Below, one piece after another: positions 14,681 to 28,527 of a stretch of 64,000 nt of DNA. Within the stretch, counting starts at the first letter, position 1. Every line of letters begins with the position of its first letter. The position numbers and the translations under genes were made by a program. Below the pieces are notes generated by a model, which saw nothing but the letters and a program-made list of their open reading frames with translations, was not told where the DNA came from and made no database searches. The DNA comes from Octopus vulgaris. Taxonomy: Eukaryota. The stretch lies in the NCBI GenBank assembly GCA_951406725.2, contig OX597819.1, positions 101,990,001 to 102,054,000 on the forward strand. The letters are read 5' to 3'.

Positions 14681-15349
14681 TATCTACAACCTATAAGGAG
14701 TATAGTTATCTTTTTACATCAGAATATACACATTTCGAACGATAAAAATTACACATGAAGTATTCGCCTTCATCTGAACAATAAATTTACATGTAGGAGT
14801 ATAAATCTATTGTTACTTTATAAAAGATCGTTTCGACAGATGAACATAACCATTTCATTTTTAAATCAGTCTCAAAGAGATGAATATCAACACGAAGTTA
14901 AATCCTGGAGTTTTCACAAGGGCGGCGAGAAAGGACAATACAATACTGTAAACAGTAAATATTCAAAAGCCAGACTTGTAAAGGGTGATAATGACTTGTA
15001 GGTACAGACCGATTCGGAGAAAGTGCTTGTGTCACCAAAACATGTTTAAGTAAATACTCCGTGGTTTAAGTTTATGGCATGGATTTATTTGATGAAAAAA
15101 CGTTTTATTTGTCGAGTTGACGGCAATTTCGTGAGACAATATGTAACAAGATCATGGAGGAAATAACTCCAAATGTGAATGAACTAAAAACTGTAACTTT
15201 GCAGCATTATAGGCCCCTGTGCAAGTCAATGCCCTTAGGCTTACTGTAGTTATTCATTGACAACCAGCTACAGTATACATTGATTACAAATGGACCCCTT
15301 GATCTCTGGGGAACTCGGGCAAATTACCATGTGTACGCATGACATAAGG

Positions 15350-15610
15350 CAGTGGTTCGTAAAGTTGGTGGTATATCCTCTGGGGGCGGTGGAAAGTTCT
15401 AAGGGGGTGTTGAAGAAAAGAGGGGCGATAGTGGGGTAGCGATTCATGTAAAAGCAACAAAATAATGGGTTCATTAGATTAAGTTTTATTTGTGAAATAC
15501 AGTTCCTTTGAATTTGCTTCAGAAAGAGGTGTATGTTTGTGGTGGTTAGCTAGGGAGTGGGCGCTAGGAATATGGCCTGGGTATCAAGGGGGTGGCAACC
15601 CGAAAATTTT
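15350..15610 (+). mobile_element. Possible hAT-type non-autonomous DNA transposon relic
   Basis: Begins cagtggttcgtaaagttggtggta..ctgggggcggtgg, similar to CAGTGGTTC-type hAT termini; no second terminus or target-site duplication confirmed. Confidence 0.35.
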
Positions 15611-17141
15611 TTGCAATAAGACATCGCGTAAGTCAAGAGGAAAGCAGTGTGCGGTGCTTTCAGTTGTGGACGGGTGTTCTGGGTTTGTGGCTAGATCCAC
15701 TCTATGATACTACTTGTTTGGATCGTAACAGCAGATATGTGAACCATAAGACGGAAGCTGAAAATGTTTCGTCAAGGATACTGCAAATGTGTTTGAGAGA
15801 AATACGAAAGCGCAGAGGAAAGACAGATGCTAAGTAGTAAAATAAAATAATTGTTGTATGGTTGTTTAGGATATATGTGGGACGAGCTCAGTATGGTGTC
15901 TACATAATGACGAGAGGGAACGTGTATCGCAGTGTAGGCCCATATAGACCTAATAATTCCTGATGGAATTGCCGAGTACGGTGCGAGTGAAAGTGACGGA
16001 AAATACCGAAATCCTTGAAATCTCAAGAGAACAGCTAATAGATTATCTCTCTGTGCAAGATATAAGATAAAATAAGGTAACACACACACACACATACACA
16101 TTCACACACACACACACACACTCAAACACACAAACACACATACACACACACATACGTGTATATGTGTGTGTATATTTATAAATACATATATGTATATAGA
16201 GACATAGAAGGAGAGACAGATAAGAAAAAGAGAGAGGTTGTTTTATTGTCCGAACATCTTGCAGTGTACAAGCGCATGTATGTATGCATAAATAATCATG
16301 TATATGTGTAATGTATATATGTATACATATATGCACACATGAACAGATGCATAGACATAATCTTTCTTCTAGAACCACAAGCACATTACAGTCCTATATA
16401 CACACGACCACTACATATATATAGACATATATACACACTCTCAAACACACACACACACTCGCACGCAGATGCACATACACACACATACACTGACGCACAT
16501 ACACAACACCTAAATGTATACTTTAAATAAGCGCCCCCTACCGAATAATAACATAACTTGTCGATTTATTACCTGAGGTTATCCTCTCATACAGCTAACT
16601 GCATTGCTTTTAATATTCACAAAGCTAAATTATGATGAATATGTCTATACGCCTGTGCAAACCGACTTGCTAATGTTCCAATTGTTTCACAAGAGACTGC
16701 TCGTTCTCACATATATAAGACCTCAGTGCTAAGTGAGATAGCTTCGGCGCAGGTCATGTGGTCTGCGACCAAGATTTTATCTGGCGGACAGTTTGTTTGG
16801 CTGCGGCCATTATTCATTAAGGCGTTTGCAGTTTGTCGGAAGCTGAATTTCTCCCCGTGGTTATGAAGGCTTGTAGTTTTGTAGCCCAAAGACAGAGATG
16901 TTTCATTTTTATGTATCAGTAACTTTGTGAGATAGAGGACTCTTGATAGGCATATAACAATATACGTACGTATGTATGCAGCAGTTAATTCTATGTATTT
17001 ATGCATTTTTATATGTGTATGCATCTATGTATGTATATACTGCATAAGTTTGTATGTATGAATTTATGCAAACATGAATCTTTGCAACTTGTGTGTATGT
17101 ACGTTGGTTTCAATGATTCTGTGCGTGCGTATGTGTTTATG

Positions 17142-17174
<33 letters not shown>

Positions 17175-17196
17175 ATGTTTATGTGTATATATATAT

Positions 17197-17227
<31 letters not shown>

Positions 17228-17502
17228 CTCCTAGTGTGGCTAAAGGTACATTGATAGACTATACACATATGGATGAATGTATTTATGAATGTGTGTACAT
17301 TTGTATGCATATATGTATGCATACATGTATCGCTATATGTATATGTATGTTTGTATAAACATGTTTATTTAGAAGCGTATGCACACATAAATACACATAC
17401 ATACACATATACATACATACGCACATGCATGCATATATACATGCATATATATATATACATTCATACATGAAAACATATACACATACCTACATTCATGCAT
17501 AC

Positions 17503-17535
<33 letters not shown>

Positions 17536-18091
17536 TTCCTACTTATATACATATATACATACATGCATACATACATACACATATGTATGCAAAAATACGT
17601 ATGTTTGTATATATGAATAATATTACAAACGGGAGGAGAGATAGACATAGAGATGAAGATGCGTAGAAACAATGAAGTGATACCAGTGTGTGTATAAATG
17701 GTTGTTAATGAGTACCTGTGTATGTGATTATGTGTATGCATATGTGCGCGAATGAGTGCGCGACGGAATAAGTCTGTATGTGTCTGTGACTGTTTATTGT
17801 TGTAGATATGTTTATTTGTGTGTACACGTGTGTCTGTTTTTGTATGCGTTTGTTTGTGTGCGTATGTGTGTATGTGTGTAAGTGTACAAGCTTTTGTTTA
17901 GTATATACATCAGCCTTAGTGCAGTCAGATCGTTACATTTGGGAATACAACTTATATTTGTGATTAACCGAAGAGATGTATGCGAGTTAAAAGAGGATAG
18001 TGATAAATGACTAAAAAGAAGGATAGCTGGAATAGAAGAATATATGCTTCTGTGTATGAGTTTGTGAAGAAAGAAAGATAGAGAGGTAAAT

Positions 18092-18131
<40 letters not shown>

Positions 18132-18199
18132 CGAGAGAAGGAGGCAGAGATAGCTGAACATACACTGAGAGATATTTGTGAATGAAAGAGCTCATGAAA

Positions 18200-18257
<58 letters not shown>

Positions 18258-18304
18258 GTATCAAGATAAACAAACAGAGAGATAGATATATAGACATATA
18301 TATA

Positions 18305-18466
18305 TATTCTTTATTTTCTCTCCTTGTTTCTTTCTGTGTTCCTTTCTCTGGAAGAGCGTATGCTCGAAACGTTAAAGACTTTTTCACTTCCCGAGCGTTA
18401 TACTACTACATATGTTTGTTGTCTACAACACCTGTCCTCGTCTTTTGTTTTTTTTTTGTGAATTCT

Positions 18467-18470
<4 letters not shown>
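18305..18470 (+). mobile_element. Penelope-type terminal repeat with a degenerate hammerhead, embedded in (TA)n
   Basis: ccttt-ctctgga-a-GAGC(gtat)GCTC-GAAA-CG-TT-aaaga. Stems I and II are retained and the CUGANGA box is mutated; same family as 14590-14680. Confidence 0.65.
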
Positions 18471-18500
<30 letters not shown>

Positions 18501-18502
18501 TT

Positions 18503-18541
<39 letters not shown>

Positions 18542-18922
18542 AACAGATAGACAGACAGATATATATATATATATAGAGAGAGAGAGGGATAGATAGATTG
18601 ATAGATAGATAGATAGATAGATACATACATACATACATACATACATGCATACATACATACATACATACATACTTGCATACATGTATATATATACATACAG
18701 ACATATATACATACATGGAAAATCAGACAGATAGATAAATTGTTAGTTATATAATGCATGTACAAATAAACTGATATATAGACAGATTAGCAGAAAAACA
18801 GATATACATATAAATTGAGCGATCGATAGATAATCTGCCAGCGAGTCAGCAAGCCAGCCAGATTGATAGGTATATACGTGGATAGGTAGGTGCATAGGTA
18901 GGTAGGTGCATAGATAGGTAGG

Positions 18923-19002
<80 letters not shown>

Positions 19003-19302
19003 AAGGTCGATCGATCGATAGATAGATAGATAGACAGAAAGAGAAATGAGCAAACAAATAGGGTGAGAGACAGGAAGATATACAGATAGACAGACTATCG
19101 GTGAGACGGATAGATAAATGGACATATGTGTATCTCGCTTACTATCGAGATTTGATTGGTGTCTTCACTGATTCTCTAATTGCCGGCAATTGTTGGTCTA
19201 TAATTAAAAACGTTTTTAATCTATGATAGAGTGGTTTATATATAACAAATGCGCCTACGACTACGTGTATGTATATGAAAACATATACATACATATACAA
19301 AC

Positions 19303-19348
<46 letters not shown>

Positions 19349-19379
19349 GTTTGTATATGTATGTGTGTGTGTACATGAA

Positions 19380-19540
19380 GTGCTTCTTTCAGTTTCTGCC
19401 TAACAAATGTACACAGAAGTTTTCGGTCTGCCTGGGGCCATAGTAGAAGACAATTGCCCAAGGTACCATGCAGTGAAACTGAATCCGGAATAATGTCGAG
19501 AAGAATGAAACTCCATACCACACGGCCAAGTCTGCGACTG
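19380..19540 (-). mobile_element. SINE family B, 5' half
   Basis: Minus strand ggccgtgtggta..ccggattcagtttcactgcatggtaccttgggcaa..gaaactgaaagaagc. Confidence 0.8.
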
Positions 19541-19580
19541 TATAGATATATACATACATACATAATGCATACACACACAC

Positions 19581-19616
<36 letters not shown>

Positions 19617-19809
19617 ACATACACATATATGAATGTCACCATTTTTGAGAGTGACGGAGAGGAAGTGAAAAATATAAAAATTAGAAGGTGTGTAGATACC
19701 TCACGCACTTGTAGAAGGGGACAGAGACAGAGGGCACGTAAAAGAAGAATGACTCAGTGAATTAGAGGTATTGCTACAGTAATAAAAAGAATTATGACTA
19801 TTGAACCAA

Positions 19810-21375
19810 TGGAGACGCAGTTGGTAGGCACGGGCTGGCTCCTCCAGGTGCCGAGCCGCAAGCCCACTGACTTTTCTCGGTTATTTTTTGCTCCTGTTAC
19901 TGCTTAGTATTCTTTTAGTGTCTCTCTGACCAGGTCGATATGCCCGTGGCTCGACACGATCACGGTGATGTCGTCCGCGTATGAAGACACGCTCATCCCG
20001 CATCCCAGCGCTTGCGGAATATCCCTCAGCGTCGCCAGCTTCATCAGTAGTGGATCAAGAGTCAATACGTACAGAAGCACCGAGAGGGGCATCTTTGACG
20101 AACAGAATGCATGATATTAAATGGTCTTGACAGGTGACCATTTACGCGAACTACCGTGTAGATGCCGCTGTAAAAGGCAGCGATGCAACCACGGAAGACG
20201 GAAACGAAACCAACCGCTTTAAGGACAGCCTCCAAGTAGCGATGGTCTACGCTAACAAAAGCTGTTGATTAATCCAAATTGATCAGCGCCCCATCCATGC
20301 CATGGTTTTTAACTACCCTGTATATGATGTAGTGCATCAGATGGAGGTTGTCGTGGATACTCCTACCCGGCATGGCATACGTTTATGCCTTGTCGACCAG
20401 TTTTTCGATGACAAGCGACAACCTCTCGGCTAACACCTTGGCCAAAATCTTCAAATCTGAAGTTGAGTGATGGGTTGAGTGACGTTCTCCTTGTTTGGAT
20501 CTTTCTTTAGTTGTGCCACCGCTCCTTCCTTTACAGAAACGGGGATACTCTCATTTTGCTGCCAGTTGCAGTAGACAGCTGCCAAGACGTCTCCAAACAA
20601 GTCTGGCATATGACAATAAAGTACGTAGGGCAGACCATCCAAGCGTGGCGACTTGTCTCCCGCACAGCCTACCATCGCTTCCCGTACGTCCCCGACTGTG
20701 ATGGATCTTTCACAACACTCCGGGTCTCTTAGTGAGAGTCATGGCAGGCTATGCAGGTAGGTACTAGAGTCCATACTGCGTTCTGACCTACCAGTTGTCC
20801 CGAACAGTCGGGCAAAGTGTTGTTGAAAAGCCTCACTCATTCTTTCAGGCTCGAGTAATTGGCGCCCCTGCTCATCTGTCAGAGACGTAATGGTAGTTTT
20901 GTTGCTTCGTTGCGCATCTCGGGCCTCTCGGGCGGCTCCAACTCCTTTGTTCCTCAGAGCACGCATTCTAGCTCTTACAACGCATCTTTCGTGTTTGGCG
21001 TTGAAGTGTTGGTCAAGGGTCAAACCCACCACCAGTACGTTGGACGCGATGTCAATTCTAAGTGCCTCTTCTAATTTCTTAACTAGATCTCGCTCTATTC
21101 TATTTTGGTCTAATACTAGGGCCTTACTGCACCTAACCATGTCTACTTTAATTGCTTTTTAGGGCATACCACCATCTATTGTAGACGATGGCGCCCGTCA
21201 ATGCTCTCTTAACTAATGTGCTAATCTGGTCCCTGACAGCCTGGTGTTCCTTGAACGACGCGTTCAGCTTCCAGTAATCGGAACCCTGCGTATATGTCTT
21301 AACTAAGTCAAGTGTACAAATCACAAATTTGTGATCTATGTAGCTGACTATACGGAATTGTGGACAACCTACACT
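19810..21375 (-). mobile_element. Tx1/L1-clade non-LTR retrotransposon ORF2 pseudogene (endonuclease end through RT)
   Basis: DHKFV..YWKLNAS, KSPRLDGLP..Y, LKKD, PGRSIHDN, PLSVLLYVL..PL, YADDITV and GAK.N.EKS occur in order, with multiple stops and frameshifts; GC-richer than the flanks. Confidence 0.92.
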
Positions 21376-21400
21376 ATCCACGGTCCTGCAGAATACTCTA

Positions 21401-21547
<147 letters not shown>

Positions 21548-21705
21548 AGAGAGAGAGTAAAAAAGCATGACTAAATGATAGATACGCTGTACATTGGCTG
21601 ATTATTTGCATATTGTTCAGGAAAGATTTCAAATAGTGGAAAACTTCTTATACTTCTATAAAGTTAAGTTTTTGCCGATAACAAAGCAAAGAAATATATT
21701 CTTGT

Positions 21706-21741
<36 letters not shown>

Positions 21742-22446
21742 TCATACATATATATTCATATGTGTATATTTCTAATGCGTGTATACATATATGTTTATAT
21801 ATATATATATATATATATATAGCATTTGTAGATAGGAATATGTATAGGTAGTTGTTAGACCGTGTGTATGTACGTATGAGCACATACTCACAGGCACTCA
21901 TACACAAACACACAAACACACACATACACACATATAGTGAAAAAAGACAATCTAAAATGACAGAAATATAAATACAAGTGTTGGAAGCATTGTATAGCAT
22001 GGACAAGGAAAATACATATTAATAAAGTCCACCAACGTAAATAGATTTAAGCTGTAGAAGACCACAGGCTGTCAATGATATTTCTTTCACATAGAAATGC
22101 AAATATAATATGATATGGAGAAAGAAATTCACAAATATAGAAATATATACTTGTATATAATGAATTGGGCAGTGTATCCCCTATACAGCTGCACTGTCCC
22201 TTTTGTGCCAAAATTCGAACCAATGCAAGCAATGGCAAATCGCCATTTTTAATGGAAAACCGCTCACACGGTCGCCACTGTTTCACGGATGCATTTAAAT
22301 ATGTATGGAATTTTGTAAAGCACCGCATCATTCGCAGATTGTCGCAGCCATACGCTGTCTACCGCACACATACCTGTATGTGTTTCTCCGTGTCTTGTTT
22401 AATGGCATATATACGTAATGATATATATATCATATGTATTATTACC

Positions 22447-22495
<49 letters not shown>

Positions 22496-22554
22496 GTATA
22501 TTTATGATAAGTATTTATTACTTCCATATGTTTGTATATATGTGTATGATATTT

Positions 22555-22591
<37 letters not shown>

Positions 22592-23273
22592 TGTGTTCAA
22601 ATACATACATACACTCATACGTACGTTATCATGTTTATATGAAATATGTTGATTAGCATTAACGGAATAGATATATGACTGTGCAGTAGCCAGTAAAATA
22701 ATGCCAATATATACTACAACAACAGGCAAAATATTCTGTTTGATCAGCGCATATCAGTTGAGCTGCATATCCAGTGGTAGTTTGTCTTTCATATTGCTCA
22801 GGTTCCCATGTGTTTAGAAGAAACTTCGAATCTAAATATGCATACGAATGTATATCACTTCCAACTTTAGTCTCAATCTCGCCCTCTCTCCTGTCTCTTA
22901 CTGATATGTAAGTATGTATATATATTCAAATACATATATATGTCTGTGTGTGTATGTAAGTATATGTATGACATATACCATATACACATGTACATATATA
23001 TTATACCTACCCCCATATATATATATGTATATATGTATGCATTCATACACACAAACGTACATACAGTAAGAAACTAACACGCATACCGACCCACCTACAA
23101 ACACCCGCACACACATATATACGTTTTACAGCAAGTTGTACCTTAAAAAAAAGTTACATTTTGTTTAAGTTTGCTCATCTCGAACAATAATGAAAGAAAT
23201 GTAGCATGAACATTTTGTACATTGATAATAAGTCTGCAATATTGTATATAATATATTATTTACAGAAAAACTG

Positions 23274-23332
23274 GTCATCGAAAAACTGGTCGACAAGGCA
23301 TAAACGTGTGCCGTGCCGGGTAGGAGTATCCA
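23274..23332 (+). repeat. 59-bp inverted copy of LINE segment 20354-20412
   Basis: 57/59 identity to the reverse complement, by manual alignment. Confidence 0.92.
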
Positions 23333-23902
23333 ATTCGGAAGTCAACGTTAGATATATTCTACTCTGTAATTCATTTCTTTTTTAATAAATTTTAACTTAT
23401 AATGCCGGAGACCTTATTAGCTGTATATCTTTTAATATATTTGTGGTGGCTGTAGTTGCATGGGGTGTTCGTCTTTTTCAAACATTGCCTTGCAGGCAAG
23501 CAGTTCCTCTTTGGAAAATGACATGATCTTTTTCTTTAGCTTTAAAGCCGTGGCAAAATTGTTTTGAGTATTCGTGTTGGTTGTGGTGGTGATGTAATAA
23601 TATATGTATTATCTAATAAATTATATTTATCATAAAGACTCTAATAGCAATACGATTAAGGTGAGGTAGTTTTATAAAATCTTTTCTCCCTCCATTTTAG
23701 TACCAGAAACTGTCCCAATAAAAACAGTCTGTTACACAGAGAGGAAGAGGCCCCGATAAAAACGATTAAATTTCAATATGTCAACCGGAAAAATTTTATA
23801 TATATTTAGATATATGAGAAGAGTGTGATAGAGACGTCGGTAAATAGACGAGTAGCGAGAATGGAGATGAAATATCAATTTAGAGCAAAAGTAGTTTGGA
23901 GG

Positions 23903-23970
<68 letters not shown>

Positions 23971-24102
23971 GGTTCTATTTCGCTCATAAGAAGAATGACC
24001 ATCGCAAATTGTACATCTGATATACTTAGCTTTATTACTGTTGTTCTGTAGCCTAAGTTTGTTCCTGAAACGCGAGGAAGAGAGAGAGAGAGAGAGAGAG
24101 AA

Positions 24103-24162
<60 letters not shown>

Positions 24163-24676
24163 AGGACAGCGGGAGTTGATGATTGAGCCAGATCGTAAGA
24201 GATTGTGAGAACAAATTATCATAACTGACGAGAAAAGAGTTAGAAAGAGAAAGAGAGAGAGAGAGAGAGATCAATTGGGTGTGTGCGTGAGAGAGAGAAA
24301 GAGAGGGAGAGAGATCAATAGTGAAAGAGTCTGAGAGAAAGAAACGGACGGGACGAGCTAAGTTTAAGAAACTTTTGTTTTTAAGTCCCAGAAGTAATTG
24401 GCAAAGAGGCAAGTATATTAGGCAATTATAGATCATGGTGTTGGAGGATCAACAATAACACAGAAAGTGAGACAGACTGAAGTCAATATTGGTGGATGTG
24501 GTGGTGATGATGGTGAGTAGATATATTATGTAAAAGTATGGAAAAAGAGAAAGAGAGAGGGAGAAACAGGAGGTGAATGACGCAACAGATCGGGCATTGT
24601 GAAGGTTAAGCTCTCAGACGAATTATCCTTTTTAAACTGCACTCAACGACTTCCAGCGAAAGAGTGTAACAAATCG

Positions 24677-24753
<77 letters not shown>

Positions 24754-24994
24754 ATATATATACACACACCCAAACACACATACATCCGCACACATACACA
24801 TATGTAGTTATAGTGAAAGACACTGGTGTAAGCAGTATCTTGTATATTCATACTCGTGACGATCACTTCCAGATACACTTGCCTTCATATCAAGTATTTC
24901 TCTTTCCTTAAACTCTGTTTCATTCATCCCTAATTCTTTTTTTCCTTTTTTTTTAGGAAGATAATTAGTCAGCACGAGAAGATTGAAGACCTAT

Positions 24995-25220
24995 GACCCA
25001 GTGATTAGCATTTTGCACGATAGATCACGGTTTCGATTCCAAGAGCCGTGGGTCCTTTTCTTGTTGTGCAAAACACTTCCCTTCACGTTTCTCCTCTCCA
25101 CTCAGCTGCAAATGAGTAGCCCTCCGATAGATCCATGTCTCGTTCGAATTATTGTGATGTCTGTCACATACAGACCACGGAAACCGGGTAACAGGTCCTA
25201 TGAATCCCAGATCACGAGAC
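24995..25220 (+). mobile_element. Degraded tRNA-derived SINE (family C-related head, possible V-domain-like body)
   Basis: cccagtgattagc..ggtttcgattcc head, cacttcccttcacgtt..tccactcagctg..aatgagta, ggaaaccgggtaac tail; related copy at 39575-39820. Confidence 0.55.
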
Positions 25221-25373
25221 TACCGGTAGGGGGCGATAGAATACTGGTGAGATTTTCTTCTCTAAAGCAGATTGGTTTGATGTATCGGATGTTCAGTTGC
25301 ACTCTCGTTGAATGTCTTCAGCAGAAATGAAAACGAAGAAGGAAGTTGAGAGCTGCTAGGAAATTATACTATG

Positions 25374-25571
25374 GGCGTAGGAGTGGCTGTGTGGTAAGTA
25401 GCTTGCTTACGAACCACATGGTTCCGGGTTCACTCCCACTGCGTGGAAACTTGGGCAAGTGTCGTCTACTATAGCCTCGGGCTGACCAAATCCGTGTGAG
25501 TGGATTTGGTAGACGGAAACTGAAAGAAGCCCGTCGTATATATGTATATATATATATGTGTGAGTGTGTGT

Positions 25572-25602
<31 letters not shown>

Positions 25603-25828
25603 CGTGCGTATGTTTGTGTGTCTATGTTTGTTCCCCCAACATCGCTTGACAACCGATGCTGGTTTGTTTACGTCCCCGTAAAATAACGGTTCGGCAAAAG
25701 TGAACGATAGATTAAGTACTAGGCTTACAAAGAATAAGTCATGGGGGTCGATTTACTCGACTAAAGGCGGTGCTCCAGCATGGCTACAGTCAAATAACTG
25801 AAACAAATAAAAGAATAAAAGAGTAAAG
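25374..25828 (+). mobile_element. SINE family B, full length (tRNA head, CORE-like segment, internal microsatellite, A-rich tail)
   Basis: ggcgtaggagtggctgtgtggt (A box), gggttcactccc (B box), cttgggcaagtg (CORE-like), internal (TA)/(TG)n, tail aataaaagaataaaagag. Confidence 0.9.
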
Positions 25829-26625
25829 ATGTGCACCACATTCACAAAAGCGAACATAGGTAAATGAACTGAAGGGGAGAAAGGAGAGAGAGAGAGGAGA
25901 ATCTATAAAAGTATTTTATTGAGAAAACGAAAGGTAGAGTTGCACTCGGAGTTATTTGAATTCATTGTGAATTAAACCGAAACAAATACCCCGTGGTATT
26001 CATTTCGGTTTACTTCACTGTCTTAGAGCTTTATTTCAGGAATACACTAGCGCGCTTTACGATTATACTATTTAGTTTGTCCTTCATGAATTACGATGTG
26101 TCTTGATATGAAAGAAACTTGGCTCCTATTTCGAGCAGATTAACTTCCCACGTATAGTAGCACCCCAAAATGAATTGCTTCTGTTGTTCTTCCGCCATAT
26201 TGCAGACTAGAAGTATGCTCAACTGGCGTGACTGTAATATTTGTCTGTTTAATCTAATGGTTATAATCATTAATAATCATTAATTACATAACATAAACGT
26301 TATTACTTAATTACACACATAGACAAGCATACACACATGTAAATGTAGGAATATGCTATATAAAGTTTATTCCAAGGATTTCAGGATTGAACTTTATTGC
26401 TAATTCGTTATATAATTATTAATGCTGCTTTAGGAGGTGATGTAATGTGTGTTGCGGTCGGTTTGGTTAGATTAACGATAAATTATGTTTCGTTGATATC
26501 TTGGTGTTGTTTCTCTCTCCTCCTCTCTCTCTTCTTCTCTCTCTCCTCTCTCTCTCTATATATGTGTGTGTATGTATTTATGGGGAGGGGTTGGATGCAT
26601 GGATGCATAAGTGTTTGTGAGTACG

Positions 26626-26703
<78 letters not shown>

Positions 26704-26710
26704 TACACAC

Positions 26711-26773
<63 letters not shown>

Positions 26774-26924
26774 CAAGTTGTGATGGGTAAATAGTCGCCA
26801 TTATATATTTTTTATTTCGTGCATGAACATTGTTGGTATCTGATATTGTTGACTATGCAGTATTAGTTGGGCACCGTCAGTGAAAAGAAAACACCACCCT
26901 GACGCAATTCACTCTGCCAGTAAT

Positions 26925-27268
26925 TTCCAAACGATATGCTGTACTGCTTTGCAATCGCGCCGGAAGCTCTAATGCGAACATTTTAGAGTGTTTGGGTATC
27001 AATCTGAGCACAGAATAGAGGATTCGGAAAGAGTTGGATAAGTCGCATGTTGATTACGAAGGTACGGCAGCTCGAAAAACTCACTCTGATCGATCTGATG
27101 AGAAATGAACTCCTGAATTTATTGGTGAGATCTAGGCCACCATTGACAATGATCCCTCCAAGTCAATTACGTCCATCGCAAGATACATAGAAGTGTCTGA
27201 GTTTCTCATCAGGTACGTAGTGCATGAAAACATTTGGTATTGCTCATACAAGATAATAAAGGGCCAAT
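26925..27268 (+). mobile_element. Tc1/mariner transposase N-terminal (HTH) pseudogene fragment
   Basis: KRYAVLL..RAGSSNANI.ECLGINLST..RIRK..TPEFI..IDNDPSKSITSIAR.IEVSEFLIR.VVHENI...SYK; in-frame stops; cut off by a SINE-A head. Confidence 0.75.
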
Positions 27269-27348
27269 TGAACTCAGAACGTAAAGACAGACGAAATACT
27301 GCTAAGCATTTCGCCCGGCGAGCTAACGTTTCTACGAGCTCGCCATCT
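27269..27348 (-). mobile_element. SINE family A, head fragment
   Basis: Minus strand gatggcgagctcgtagaaacgttagctcgccgggcgaaatgcttagc..ctgagttcaa. Confidence 0.8.
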
Positions 27349-27354
27349 TGAGCA

Positions 27355-27640
27355 AAAAGAATGTAAACATCGGCCGTATGGTTGTAAAATTCAGCTACTC
27401 CTCAATAAAATGATCTTCAACGATTGTCACAAACAACACAAGAGCATGTCGATAGCTTGGATAGAATATAATAAAAAGCTTTTGATAGTCTACCAGATAG
27501 CTGGATTAAGGAATGTCTGCGGATTTATAAAATAGCACCTACTCGGTAAAACGTCCAAAATGTAAGCATGAGATCATGGAGAACTACACTGACTTTGAAC
27601 AGTGACGATGAATCTCTCAATGCTGGAGATGTAAAAATTT
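27355..27640 (+). mobile_element. R4/Dong-clade non-LTR retrotransposon RT fragment
   Basis: GCKIQLLLNKMIFNDC..SMSIAWIEY/KKAFDSLPDSWIKECLRIYKI..MRSWRTTL resembles the R4/Dong motifs GCKDQLL..AWIDYKKAFDSVPHSWI. Confidence 0.8.
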
Positions 27641-28527
27641 CATATATATATCGGCAAGCAAAACATTTACTTATTCATGCAATGTTTAAGTAGGCAAGAA
27701 TTAAATGTATATACGCACTTGCAACCATGAGCCAGGGAACAGGGGGTGCAGGTGGTGCAAGCGCACCCCCTAGAATTTTTGCGGAGTGCAGAACCAAAAT
27801 TTGCAGCCCTACTTATTTTTCTCAGGTTTAGAAAACGGTAAATAAAAAGCGATGTGTAAAAAGTAGCTTGAAGTTAGATTCCTTCTCAAAGAACAAAACA
27901 CAAAAATAACAAAAAATAAAATAAGACCTCGTTTGTAAATATTTTTTGACCTGGGTTTGCACTCCCTAGGCAAATTTCTTTCCCCAGCCAGTGCTTGCAA
28001 CAGACTTATATTAAAAGGATGGCCTGTATAATATTTACCGATTTGTATAGTGGGGAAAACATTTTTGACACAATTAAATGCCATTCTTACGTTTCTGATA
28101 ATTCACCGCTTTTCACCGCCATCACTACTAAATATACCTTCATAATCACCATCATATTTGTCAACTCCAACGCTACCACCAATACTACAACCAGGGCTGT
28201 CGTTAAAAAGTGCGGGGCCCAATTAAAGACAGTTGTTTTATGCTTCGTGAAGTACGCCAGTCTCTGCCAAATTGTTTTGAGGGCTTGATATACTAAACAC
28301 TCATCACAGCGTGTTTGAAAGTTGTAGTTGCTTTGGTGTGGTTGTTCCCAAACAACACTTATTTTAGTGATGTCCACACCGGCGGATTGAATGATATTGC
28401 TCAGGTGTCGAAACCATAATGAAATCCGCGGGGCAGCTGTTGATGGATATATGTTGGATTGTTGGTAAGGCTGTTATGTATATGTGGAATAGCATTATAA
28501 CACATTCTTTTGATATGTATATATATT

